DNA of 63,127 nt, filler included, from Reticulomyxa filosa (GCA_000512085.1; 24 parts of 24 records of this genome joined end to end with filler, not necessarily neighbours in it), one strand, 5' to 3'. Shown: positions 27,414-40,329, counted from the first letter of the whole stretch. Numbers and translations: made by a program. Notes: a model not told the origin generated them from the sequence alone.

Positions 27414-27759
27414 ATGAAACAGCAGCAGCCTCCTCCATCCGGGACGGAACCCGGTCCGGCAAGGCGGATTTATTGGTTCTCACTCGCAGCACTGGCCGGA
27501 TTGATGCTGCTGGCAGCCGCGCTGACGGTCGAGCAATGGCTGGACGTGATCCCGTCGTTCCAGCGGGCGATGCAGGACCTGTTTTCGCGGGGCGCGCTGC
27601 TGGCGACGGGCCTCGTCGCTGCGCTGATTGCCTTCGGCGTCTTCTTCCAGCGTTCGTTGCGCAAGAGCATCCGGCAGGGGGCTTCGGCCGAAGCGACCTT
27701 CAGGGCGGGAGACCGGTTGCTCATGGTGGTATTCGCAGCCTTTGCGTTGGGCATCGCCG
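27414..27759 (+). CDS. Bacterial multi-pass membrane protein, N-terminal fragment
   Basis: GGGGGA Shine-Dalgarno-like sequence before ATG, GC-rich codons, 3 hydrophobic segments, cut at the contig end. Confidence 0.6.
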
Positions 27760-27859
27760 NNNNNNNNNNNNNNNNNNNNNNNNNNNNNNNNNNNNNNNNN
27801 NNNTTAATTAATTAANNNNNNNNNNNNNNNNNNNNNNNNNNNNNNNNNNNNNNNNNNNN

Positions 27860-30800
27860 TTTAAACACCGCGTGTTCGGCAACAATCATTTCGCCAATGC
27901 CAGTTCTGTTTTTTTCCAACTGCAATGCGAGTTTTGGTATGCAAATGCCTCCTTTGTTTTCTTCTTTGTAAAGACCTAAAACTTCGTCAATGTTCTTGTT
28001 GATGACGTCTTTGAAGCTGAAAATATGGACGGACATGATCTTCATTGCAATCAATTTCGGAATGACATTTTCCGCTTGCAAATTATTCACAGCTTCTCTT
28101 TGCAATTGCTGCGCGCGCTCGAGCACCAGACGTTCAAGATTTTCCAGCTGCAACTTTACGACGTTGGTGAGAATCAAGTTCTTTTGCATGGACAGAAAGC
28201 AGTTGTAACATAGATTGATATTGTCGCAATCGGTGGGGGACCATTTCAAATGCTTTTCAATCTTTTTCATTTGTTCGTCGACCTTTGCTTCCAAAGTCAA
28301 AAAACAACTATCAACCAACTGCTTGCAATTATGTAAATGAGGTTTTGATTGCTGCTGCTGTTGTTGTTGTTGCACCAAATGTCGAAGAAAGTCAAGTTGT
28401 CCTTTCAAAGCTTTGAAATAGCGATTTCTCGCAGTGTCATTCGTTTTGGTTTTGTCATTGATAATGCCTTTGTCCACAATCTCTTCCGTCATATTTTTCA
28501 ACTGCAAGTCCAAGTCCATGAGCATATCGGAGTACGTCTTGAAGTTGGCATTGAGTCCAGCATTGTTATTCCGCATGAATATATTAATCTTGCCAAGGAA
28601 GACATTGGTGTCATTGCCAATCACTTGCATAACGTCCAAGGCCGTGCGTATTTCATCGACGTCCATGTTGTTGATCCCATGTTTGTATCTCTGCTCAATC
28701 GACACAAAATACTGATAGATTGCCTTTTCCACCTCTTTCATTCGATCATCAAAATTAGTGGGCAGCAGTTCGGCTGTCTCGATGATGGACGTCAGCTTGC
28801 TTTGGCACTCCTTCCATTCGATTAGCATATCCAAGGCCTGCGCCATCCATTCGATCGCGTTGGCGTTAATGTCAATATATCGACCAAAGGTCGTGACGAG
28901 CTTCTGCTGAGGAGCCTCAAACAGCTCCACGACGTGCACGCGCGAGTCGGTAAAGTATTTGGTGAGTTGCGGGATTTTCGATTCTAATTTCATCTTGAAC
29001 TGCAACAGCTCTTTCAGACAATGGAACGCCCCACTCAAGTCTTTATCGCTGCACTTCTTTCGGATCGTCGACATCATATCTCGGGCCAAATGGTCCACGC
29101 TCGTCTTGATATGCTTTTCTTGATTCGTTTGCTTGCATTGATTCAACAGATCATCGATCCGATCCGCGTCTTTGATCTCTATCACCTCCTTCACTGCCTT
29201 GATGCTATTATCCAACTCGTCCTGGATCTCCTCCTTGCATCGTTGAACCTCTTCGCCCAGTTCCTGCATATGCTTCGGTAGCGACTTCAGCACCGATTCG
29301 CACAGCCGAAACTCGCGCGCCAGCTGCTCCGGCAACAGCGTGCCAATCCGGTCGCGGATTTGCTTTAGCTGGTCGCGTATCTTTTGCGTTATGTCCGTCT
29401 GGATGTCATCCCATGCCTGCTTGTAGAATGTCTTCATGAGCATAACAGCCGTCAGTTTCAAATACAAGTCGCTGGGAGGATTGGAAAAATAGGGATTTGA
29501 TTGGCGATTCGCAAGTTCGATAGTTTTGAAATGCTTCACAATTTCTTGTAACTTTTGTTCAATTCTTTTGGAAAGTTCATCGACACGTTGGAAGATATTG
29601 ATATTGGCATTAACAATTGCAATAGATTTTTTTTCATCATGATCATCTTGTTGTTTGGTTTGTTCGAATGAGTTTTGTGTAAAGTGCTCGCCCAACAGTT
29701 GGATGGCCTTTCGCGCCATAGCGATATTGTTTTCGGCCTCGAGAAAGTTTTGCGAGTTAATGAACACATCGACACGATTGAGCACGGCATCGATCCACTT
29801 TTCGACAATAGCCTTGTGCTGTATTCCACAGCCCCAATATCTTTCTGTGTGACATCGTCGACGTATTCAACGGTGAACACAAAGTGCTTGGCCTCTCTCA
29901 TCCATTGTAAATGCTCTCGTAGCAGCGTTACTTGGTCCAACTGAATAGTGTTTTCCTCGAGCAGCAGCGCTTTCGTAAATGTGGTTTTCGCGACGTCTTT
30001 AAGTGATCGCGATAACGAATGCTTCACTTCGTCAAATACTTTGGCTGCTTGCGAATCCCCGCTATCTTTGCGCTGCTTCAGGATCGACATCTCCGAGGCC
30101 ACTTCGCGATAGCGATGATCCTCGATAGCGTCAAATACCTTTTCGTTTCAATCACGTTATTGTATAGCTTCTCCTGGTACTTCATGAACAGGTCGCGGAA
30201 CTTGCAATCCAAACGCGAGTACTCATCCAAGCTACTCAACGCCTTCACAATGAATAGCTTTATCTTCAATGGCTGCACAATTGTTTCTCGTGCTAATTGC
30301 ATCATTTCTTCCGATAAGTTTACCCATGTCTGTCGCAAACGAATATGGAAATGCTCCATCATGTCTTGTGAAAAGTAACTATATGTCATTGCACTGCTCT
30401 TTTCCAACTTCTTCACTTCGTTCAATCGGGACACAATCACCTCCACTCGCTCCAATATACGCGTCTTATCCTCTTCCGATTGTATCGTCTCTTCTGCAAA
30501 GTCCACGTTTTTCAATTGCTTCTCCACCATCTCGCTGTAGTGCTGCAAATACTGCTCCACTGTCTGCAATGTGCTTGCTAACTCTTGCTTCAATGACGTC
30601 GTTGTCTGCACCATCGTCTCTCGTGTTGCCTCCACTTGCTTCTCGTCCTTGTCCTTATCATTGTCCTTGTTGTTTTTGCTTTCAGTTACTCGGCGCCCAT
30701 AACTTGGCAGCTCCGTTGGAAACGACATCGCTTTGCATTCTTTCAGATAACGCAACACTTTCTCTGTTCTTGGCCCGTTCAATGTATCCAAATTATAGCC

Positions 30801-33800
30801 TAGATTAAGCCTACTTCTTTCAAGATCACGCTCACAAATGCTAATTTTTTCAAGCAGGGCCACTTTATTTGTCACTAATCTGGTAATGTCATTTTCGGAA
30901 AAATTATTATTCTTCCTCAAAAATTCAGAAGCAACTTCGAAAGATTGCTTCCCCTTTTGCTTCAGTTCTTCGTATTCTTTTTTTACCTGCTCTTTCTCTT
31001 GCAAACTTCGATGCAGTGTCTCAATTTGCCGCTTTTGCTTGAGTTGACTAACGTCCCTTTGTCCACTCGACTCTTCTTCGTCCGAATGTTCCACAGCCGA
31101 CTCTGAGTCGGACTGGGGAAGAACAAGAGCTCTCTGTTTATTCTCCAATCCAATACCATTTGCCGGGTTTTCATTTGCTGTTTGCTCGTTAATGTTACTC
31201 GTTCTTCTGGGGGATTTTTATGTTTTTTCAGTTCTTCTTGGATCGAGTGTATTTGATTGTCCAATTCTTGTACGCTTTGAAAGTTCTTTTGCTGCAAATA
31301 AGAGTTTACTTCGTTCATATGGTCAGCGTAAACCCAAGCTGAACTAAATACTCTTTGGTCTTTTCTTGAAACCTCACATTTTTTTTTTCTAATGAATACT
31401 CATGTTTAATGGTGGTCAATGTCGATCGGATAGCACATTCTAATCGGGTACTAATGTCTCTGCGATAATTGACAATTTCGGGAATAATTTGCTCCAAACG
31501 ACGCAGTTTTTCCAAATGTGTCACAATTTTATGACCTTGTTCGAAATGCTCAGGATGATCCAAATCCATTTCCAAATATTGGCACGATTGTTGCAATTCA
31601 TCAAAATATGCAAGCAATCTTTCTTTAATTATCTCCATTAAATCGTTTCTTCCCTCTTCTTGTTCTTTAGTCCAGTTTGATTGGCATACACAATTGATGC
31701 AATCAAAAAAACGATTATAATCAAACGACGAATCTTGGTTCGTAAGCGCAGGGAGCATCATATTCACTTCATTGTGTACGTTACGTACAAACCCGAATAT
31801 TTTATCATTAATGTTATAATACAATTGATGTGTTCTTTGCTCCACTCTTTTATTTTTTGGAGATCCTTCATAACACGTACAAATCCCTTGATCTCGTCAA
31901 ATGCATAATAGCGTTGTTTTTTAAATACTGATGTTATCTTTTGGCCAATTTTGCTAAAATAGGCAACTACTTCATTTATAAACGAATTAAATAGATCTTT
32001 TGTACGCCCACCAAGACTAATAGTTTCACAAGGCAGTTCGAATGTAATCATTGCAAATTCCAATGTTTCAATGATCTTTTTTAAAATGTTTATTTCGTTT
32101 TTATCAAGCGTTTGAACTTGAATTGGTGACAAGTTTTCCACTTTTTCATTTTTTTCATCTTGTTCATCTTTTTCGTCTTTGTTGGAACTCAAATCCCCTT
32201 CGGACGATTTTTTCAACATCATACGTCCTTGGTCTGCAGACTTGTCAAGATGATCCATCAACAATTCCACCAAGTTTGTAAGTTTTTTTTGAATATCCAA
32301 CAAAGAAGCTAAATTTTCTTGAAGTATTGAGTTCTTTGCAATGACTTGCAACTGCTTTCGTAACTCTTCAAATGAATCCTTTTGAATACATTCTTTGGCA
32401 TTTCCAACGTAACTCATTAAACTCTTTGCCAATTTTTCACATATTTCTTTATAATAAACTTCGAACTCAGTAAAACAGGCTTGTATATGTGCGAATTTAT
32501 CCAACTGGATCTTTAATTCATTCGGATTATCAGTGTTATTCCATATGCTATTAGCCAACATAGTAACTTGATCAGTTAAATTTTGGGATAATGAGTTGCT
32601 GCTTACTGTATCTGTCAGGTGTACTCGTAATTCATCCGCCTCATGAAACTTATCAATAGTTTGTTTGTAAAGCATAACATCTTCTTTGCTAATATTATGT
32701 GCAGAGATCATACATTTATTAAACGAACATTTACTTTCTTCACATTTTTCGTTCCACTCTCGAGTTAAATGAGTTACGCATTCTTTGTACTGCACTCCAA
32801 TTAAGTTATTCCTTAACACTAAGTTTAATTCTACGAGTTCGTCCAGTTTGATTTTAGCAATTTGAAATTATTATTTTTAAAAGCAGATAAAATGTTGGAT
32901 TTGTGTTGTTGCACTTGAAGATTTACCGCTTTTTCAGATTTGTTTGTGAGAAAGAGTTGAAATACGTCCTGAGGATTTTTTATAAAATGTTTGATATCAC
33001 AAAATTTTTCTAACAATTCAGTAGGCTTGTCTTTCAATATGTCCGGTGCGAATACCTCTTTCTTGGTTTTTTGGACAATATCTTTTAAAATGAATTTGTA
33101 TCCTTGGTCCTGCTCGTTTTTGACGGACTTGTATGCGTCTTTTGCTTGTGTATGGATATATTTCTTTTCATCTTCATGGAATTTGTTGAATATATAAGAA
33201 AGGGCACTGGTAAATCTTCAATGGATGGAATAATGCTTATCAAAGTGCGAGCTAATTCTTTGACGCAACTCAGGCGATAGCCTAAAGCTTCCGCGCTGAT
33301 CACTACAACAGGTTTGACACGCTTGCAATGTTGGAGTGCTCGTATGATGCCAATGCCATTGGCAACATCGACTTCGGGGCCATTGGTATCTTCAAATCCA
33401 GGAGTATCACAAAGTACAACTGTTTTCATTTCTGTAGTCACGCCCATTTTTTCTAGATCAATAGGAACCGGGGTAATGTATTGGGTTGCCGATACTGCAT
33501 CTGCACTGGTCACAATATTAGATAAAGCTTTGTTTTTGATTTTAGTAGGTACAATGTGAAGTCGGTTATCTACTGTTTTTCGTTCCAATTCCGATCCTGC
33601 AAGGAAGTGAATTAATGTTGATTTCCCAGTGCCAGTGCCTCCAAGAAATAATATCACGTCTTTGTCTTTTATTGCTTTTGCTGCTTCATCTGCTTTTTTT
33701 GTCAACTCTAACATTTTTGCAATGTCAAAATATTTTTTTTCTGTTGTATCTGAGCCTTCTTCTTCTTTTCCTTCTTCTTCTTCTTTTTTTTGTTCGTTAT

Positions 33801-34594
33801 CTATAATATTCTCGTCACTACTTTGAGAGAAAGACTTTCTTTCCTCTTGTTTTGTTTCTTCCATCTCATTGTCAATCACTTTTAATGACAGCCAACATTT
33901 GTCCATATCATTGTATCGATCTTCCCACACTCTTTTTAAATCATCACCACTCCGAATCTCAGTTTTTTCCTCGTCATCTTGAAAAAAGCCATTCTCATTC
34001 GGTACCCCAAACTGTCCTTTTAAATCGCCAAAGTGCTCATCCCAATCTTCTCCGTCCAATTCATTACGAAAATTTGGAGTGTCTGATCGTTTTGGGCACC
34101 ATGTCACTTTTTCAGCATTATTTATCATTGCTAGGCATCTCTATTTTTTTTAAAACGATATATACACTTTTGAATTTTTTTCTTTTTTGATTACAAAAAT
34201 TAACTATTTCAACTAACCAATTTTAACACATAAGATTTTTTTTTATTTTTTTTATTCCGTTTGTTCAGAAAGTCACGCAAATCGGCCCCGTTGTCGACTT
34301 GCTTATCATCGCTTTTTACAAAAAGGAATGATGACTCATTTGACAATTCCAAGCTTTTTTTTACACCGTCTACAAATTTTTCCCAAATAGTCTCTAGCAC
34401 ACCGTCTGAAGAATCATTTAAATTTATTGGCTCAAAATACACTTTTACATTTCCATACGCTTCCACGACAATCGACTTGCCCTTTTTGTTTTATTTGCGC
34501 ACTCCAAGAGTAGCTCTAGTTTTTTTTTGCGCTTCTCTTGTTTCAAAAAGTAAAAACAAATTGAAAAATAAACCGTCTTTTGCGTGCTTGCCAT
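27860..34594 (-). CDS. Giant protein (>2,100 aa, 3' truncated): two PB1-like modules, a TRAFAC (AIG1/septin-like) GTPase and a long alpha-helical body; 7 single-base frameshifts
   Basis: MASTQKT|GKSIVVEAYG..; G1 LGGTGTGKST (about 33620-33645), G3 LCDTPGFEDT (about 33390-33415); the consecutive ORFs from 34209-34466 down to 27812-29785 join by adding one base each time. Confidence 0.8.
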
Positions 34595-35399
34595 AGATCT
34601 GTCTGTAGATGCTGAAATAAAAATCGAGAAAAAAATAAAATAAAACCAAAAAACAAGTACTGGGTCACTTAGTTTTCCTTCAGCAAGTTTTTTTGCGCAA
34701 AAAGGCGAAACACGTTTTTGCTTGCAACAATCGTTTGAATTGTTGGAAAATCAATACTTTCAAATATTAGTTATTTTTCAATTTGAAAATGTGAAAGAAA
34801 AAATTGAAAAGTCCATACATTTCAATGGGCTTAATATTTGTTGTGATATCAGTCAAAAATGATAATGGACAACACAAAATATGAGTATTTTTTGATGAGC
34901 AAACTCTGTCGTGGAGTGGACATCCAAATTATATCTTTTGATTTAATGTGCTTTTATTTATTTTGATAGCACTATTTAGTTTGTAGAGCAACGCCTACTC
35001 ACCTTGTCAAGTGTGAATCTTTTTGTTACCAAAACTTTTCCTTGTTTCTTCTTTTTGGTCTTGCGTTTCGTGGTTTATCTTTTTATTTAATTTACTTTTG
35101 TTTTATTGGAGACTCATTCCAGTAACAATTCTTTCGTATTACATTTAAATAGTCAGTTCCACAACTTCAAAAGACTCCCAAAACGACACTGAAAAATTTG
35201 CAATACTCATCCCGAAAAGGCATCTTTTTAAATAGTGAATATAAGTTATTTTAAAATATTTTTCTTCACTTTTTAAAAACACATGTTTTGAAAATTTTTA
35301 ATTTAGCTTTAGATAGTTTTTGTCGAAATACGGCAGTTCCAATACTGTATTGTTTGTTTAATGATTTTTGTTTTCGTTCTCTATTGAAACAAAAAAAAG

Positions 35400-36153
35400 T
35401 TGAGTAGTGAGAAAATAACAAGAAAAGACGTTTGAAAATTCAAAAAATAAACAATGTCAATCCACATCATAAAGTAATTTGTCTGTTTCATCCCATTTTG
35501 CCCTGTCAAAAGACTGTGATCTATTGTTTTGCGGACTGCGCTGATTATTGTTGGTACTAGCAGAACTGGAAGAGCTATTGCCACCTTCCCTTTTCGGCTT
35601 CATTTTCAGTTTGCGTTTGAATTGTTTGCAGTTGTCACAGACGGTATAACTCTCCGAGTTTCTGCTGCGACAATGATGGCAAACCCATCCTCCTGTCCTC
35701 CCCCCCGAAATTTTTTTTTTTGAATATTTCAAATGAAGCGAGGAAAGAAAAAAAAGAGTAAACTGGGATCAACGTATCCAGGTTCTTGTGTCTCGGGATC
35801 TTCTTTTTGTGTGTTTGGAGGAACCTTTCTTTTCTCGTGGCATTGTGCACATTTCAAACTGGACCTTCGATTCAAATGGTTGCAACGCTTGCAACTCCAA
35901 CTTCCTTTAAACAACGAGCCAGTCCCAAACGCAGTTGTATTTTCCCACACATTTTTCGAGTTGTTGTATTGCGTTATCATATCGTCGATCCCTTTCTAAT
36001 TTTTAATTGACATATGTTTATTATGTTACTATTATTAATTGTTATTTATTTATTTATTTTTTTTTTGTCATAATTAATTTATCAATAATATATGGAAACA
36101 CTACAAAAAAAAAAAAGGAACGCAACAGAAAAGTGGTCAAGGACCCCTCGAGC
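35400..36153 (-). CDS. Protein with two RanBP2-type zinc fingers (partial)
   Basis: WSCKRCNHLNRRSSLKCAQC and WVCHHCRSRNSESYTVCDNC in adjacent exons. Confidence 0.85.
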
Positions 36154-36270
36154 NNNNNNNNNNNNNNNNNNNNNNNNNNNNNNNNNNNNNNNNNNNNTTA
36201 ATTAATTAANNNNNNNNNNNNNNNNNNNNNNNNNNNNNNNNNNNNNNNNNNNNATTGTTGAACAAAGTTG

Positions 36271-36318
36271 CAAACAAACAAACAAACAAACAAACAAACA
36301 AACAAACAAACAAACAAA
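36271..36318 (+). repeat. (CAAA)n microsatellite in an intron
   Basis: Direct inspection. Confidence 0.9.
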
Positions 36319-36376
36319 TAGATAGATAAGCACAATGACTCACGAAACTGCTAAAAAATAAATAAATAAATAAAAG

Positions 36377-37809
36377 GTGTTTTTAAAGTTCAAGACGGTA
36401 TTTTGGGATGTTAGTGAGGATTACATTGGATATGCCTCGAAAAATCATGGCGAGTTTTACTTGTTCATCAACTGTGTTCCCGTAAGTGGCAAGCCTGTAT
36501 TGATGTCGCTCATCAGTGGTACCGCCGCAGAGCAATTAGAAAAAAAAAGTGAGAGAGAAATCATTGACAAAGTAGCAAGCATTTTATCAAAGATATTTAA
36601 AAATAAGGTGACAACCCCAACCGATTGGCTAATTACCCGTTGGAAAGCAGATCAATTTTCTCGTGGAAGCTACTCTTACGTTGCTGTTGATTCCACTGGG
36701 GATGACTATGATTGTTTGGCTGAGTCTTTGGATGAGTTATTATTCTTTGCTGGTGAAGCAACTATTCGAGTTCTAGTATTCTTTTTTTTTTTTTTTTTTT
36801 TGTATCCATTTTTTCCATTGAAACTGAAATCAAACAACATTAATTTTGTTGTTGTTGTTGTTGGTATTATTTGCTCCTTCAAGAAATGGCCAGCCAGTGC
36901 ACATGGCGCATTCCTCAGCGGCATTCGCGAAGCACGAAAGATTATTCATTCCCACTACGAACATGAATTTGAATCCGATAGCGTGATATCGCCGACAGTC
37001 AAAAAAATTGGATTGACAAAAAATCCAATCGATATCATGTACTCACCCGCTACTGACACACTCCTTCGTGCAAGCACACGTCACCAAACCCAGCGTGCTC
37101 ATGGAAACGACTCCGAGGCTTCCACGACACCAAAGACGGAAGTGGAAAATGACGACGTCATTTCTCTCAAGGTGTGCAACTTGTGCCATTTGCCTCAAGA
37201 ATCAGCCATGTTTGATCCACTTCTCGGTCCATTTGTTGAAAGTGCCCAATCGGATATTAAGTATTACATTCACACTAGGTATTACTCCTTTTTTTTTTCC
37301 TCCCCCCCCCCCCTCCTTCCATGTTCATCAAACTCCTTATTTCTTTCCACTCTTTTTTGTTATTGTAGATGTGCGCAATATTCACCAGAAATTCAAGTGA
37401 ATCGAGAGGGTCAGTTTCAAAATGTTATTCCTTGTATTAAAAGATCACAGTTGCTTAAAGTTATGGCTTGGGTTTTTTTGTTTGTTTTTTTTTTTTTTGC
37501 ATCCCTGTCATCTTGTACTGTACCCCCCTTTTTTTGATTTAAAAAATCTAGTGTGCATCGTGTTATGGGATGGGCGCATCCGTCGGCTGTCATAACGAGT
37601 GTTGCGCGCGCTTCTATCATCCGATATGCGCGGTGCAAACAAATTGGGATTTTGAGAGACCAGACGAAGGAGAATTCTTCTTTTGTGCGTTTCATAGAGA
37701 ATTAGCATTATTTGTAACTAAAGACTATAAAAATCAAACATCATTTCGATCCAAAAAACCTCACAAGAGCTTGCTACGAGGGCCCAATGTTCCTAAGATG
37801 AACCAATAA
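36377..37809 (+). CDS. LSD1/KDM1-like flavin amine oxidase C-terminus fused to an extended PHD (zf-HC5HC2H) finger
   Basis: VFLKFKTVFWD..TRWKADQFSRGSYS..LFFAGEAT|..WPASAHGAFLSGIREA; then CNLC..LLGPF..IHTRCAQYSPEI..CASCYGMGASVGCHNECCARFYHPICA..FCAFH. Confidence 0.82.
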
Positions 37810-38412
37810 AGTACCATATTTCATTTGTTGTGTGCATGCATGTGGTTGGACTTAAGCTTTTGTTTTGTTTGTTTTTTTTGCTAGTGAAAACAGAGACAAT
37901 TATTTTCATCTCATACTCAAACCGGAGAATTTCTGGACTGTTTTTGTTCTAAAAAAAAATACACTGGAGAGATTTCCAAAAATTTAGGAAAACTAATTAC
38001 AGTTTTGCATAGAACCGATTCAAAAAAAATCTTACAAAATAAATGCCTACAACATTTGCAATTTTTGTAATATCTTTTTCTTAAATAATCACACGTCCAG
38101 GAAGACCAAACATATTTATTTTTGATAAAAATCAAATCGAGAAAAAAAGCTTCGAATCATAACGTATCTTATCAGTAAAAGACTGAAATGATTACAGTTG
38201 CTGAAAGATATGTAGGACCGATATAAATTAAAATTATACTATGTAACTGACAGAATGGCTAAGCTTGTCCACATGTGTTTTGAATTTTGCCAATGTAATG
38301 ATTGACAAGATAAAGAAAAAAATAATTGATAGCACATCTGTCCAAAGGGCCCACTGAAATTTGACTAGCTTTTGGTAGTTTTGTGTCAAACTTCCAATCC
38401 TTCTGAAAAGTA

Positions 38413-39841
38413 ATGGGCATAAAAGGGCTGTCAAAATTAATCGCAGAATTAGCCCCAGACGCTATAAAAGAAAATGAAATCAAGTCATATTTCGGGCGGT
38501 TGATAGCTGTTGACGCGAGCATGGCTTTGTACCAGTTTTTGGTTGCTGTGAGACAACAAGGCCCTGCTGGAGAATTGACAAACTCTTCTGGTGAGATAAC
38601 GTCGCATTTAGTTGGATTTTTCTACCGAACTATTCGTATGATGGACAACGGCATTAAACCTGTATGGGTGTTTGACGGAAAACCTCCAGAGTTTAAATTG
38701 GAAGAGCTGCAGAAACGCAAGGAAAACAGAGAAAAAGCCGAGGGAGAAAAAAAAAAGCAGAGGAGGAAGGAAACACCGAGAGAGTTGTCCAAATGGAAAG
38801 AAGGTTAGTCAAGGTCAGCAAAGATCACGTAGAAGACTGTAAGCGATTATTAAACGCCTTAGGTAAGAACAAAATCTGGGAACATAAAATAATTTTCGGA
38901 GATTGTTATATTGATGTGTAGGCAAAAAAAAAAAAAAAAAAAAATTTTAAATCGTGTTTCTGGAACAAAAAAAAAAAAAAAAAAGGAGTTCCATGGGTGC
39001 AAGCTCCTGGAGAAGCAGAAGCACAATGTGCAAAAATGGCACAAGAAGGCATTGTCTATGGATGTGCGACAGAAGATATGGATGCCCTGACATTCCACAC
39101 CCCGCGGCTTGTTCGACATTTGACCCACACAGAAGCCCGCAAAATGCCTATTCGAGAATTTAATCTGGAAAAAACGTTGCAGGGCATGGACTTGACGTAT
39201 GATCAATTTATTGATCTGTGTATATTATGCGGATGCGATTATATCCCGTCCATTCGTGGGATTGGACCAAAGACGGCGTACAAATTAATCAAAGAGCACG
39301 GAAGTATAGAAGGGCTGTTGCAAAGCATAAGTGGCTCCAAATATCAGTTAAATAACAAGCAATTGACATTGCACGAAACGTTAAAGTATTATGCTGAAAT
39401 ACAAAAAAAAAAAATAGAGTTCCAGAAGGATTTTTATTTAAAGAAGCGCGGGTCTTGTTTCAAAAGCCGGATGTTTTAGACAAAGAGCACATTCACTTGG
39501 AATGGAAAGAACCAAACGAAGAAGAAACGATAAAGTTTCTCGTCGACGAAAAAGGATTTAATAAAGAAAGGGTATTGGCTGGTGTTCGGCGTTTGAAAGC
39601 TTCGAAAACTAAATCGTCACAAAAAAGACTGGATTCTTTTTTTGTAGCCATTCCATCGACCTCTTCTAAAATAGTCAACAAAAATGCAAAAGATAAAAAA
39701 GCATCTGCTAATACACCCGCATCGACAATCGGTAAAAAAAGAAAACAAGCTGAAGGTAGCCAAGCAAAAACCAGCACAGCCAAAAAAAAAAAAATTGATC
39801 CTTCTTGTCAAGAAAATATTGCTCCTCCTGTCAATAAATGA
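38413..39841 (+). CDS. FEN1: Flap endonuclease 1 (3 exons; one homopolymer frameshift at about 38750)
   Basis: [65 protein letters not shown] box QKRLDSFF. Confidence 0.97.
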
Positions 39842-40329
39842 AACAAAATAATACAATAGTGATGTTTTGTTTTTGTTTTTGTTTTTCGGTTATTTAATAT
39901 TACAAAAATTTTATCCGCGGACTTTGCGAAAAAAAATCAATTTTATAATAGCACAGTCCAATTTTTATTTATCAATAAAACTTATTCTCTATTCCTTTAC
40001 AGCAGTGTGCACCAAAAGTGGGCCACTGTTGTCATATGCAACATAGCTTTTGAAATCTGAACTAAAGATAAGAGAATGAATATTTTCAAAATGTCAGTAG
40101 TTCTGAAAATACTACGAATCCAAACTGTTTGAGTTAAAAAAAAACTGCTTTATCTCCCGAAGAAGCAGGCTTTTGTCAAAGCAATCTTTATCCTCCGAGC
40201 AATGCAAATTTTACAGTCTTGGTTACAGATTTTATGATATTTTTTCAAAAATTGTTTGGTGACTGCTAAGTATCAAGCTGTGGATAATCCAGGGCTCAAA
40301 ATGTGCTGATATCATTTTGTAATTGGATG

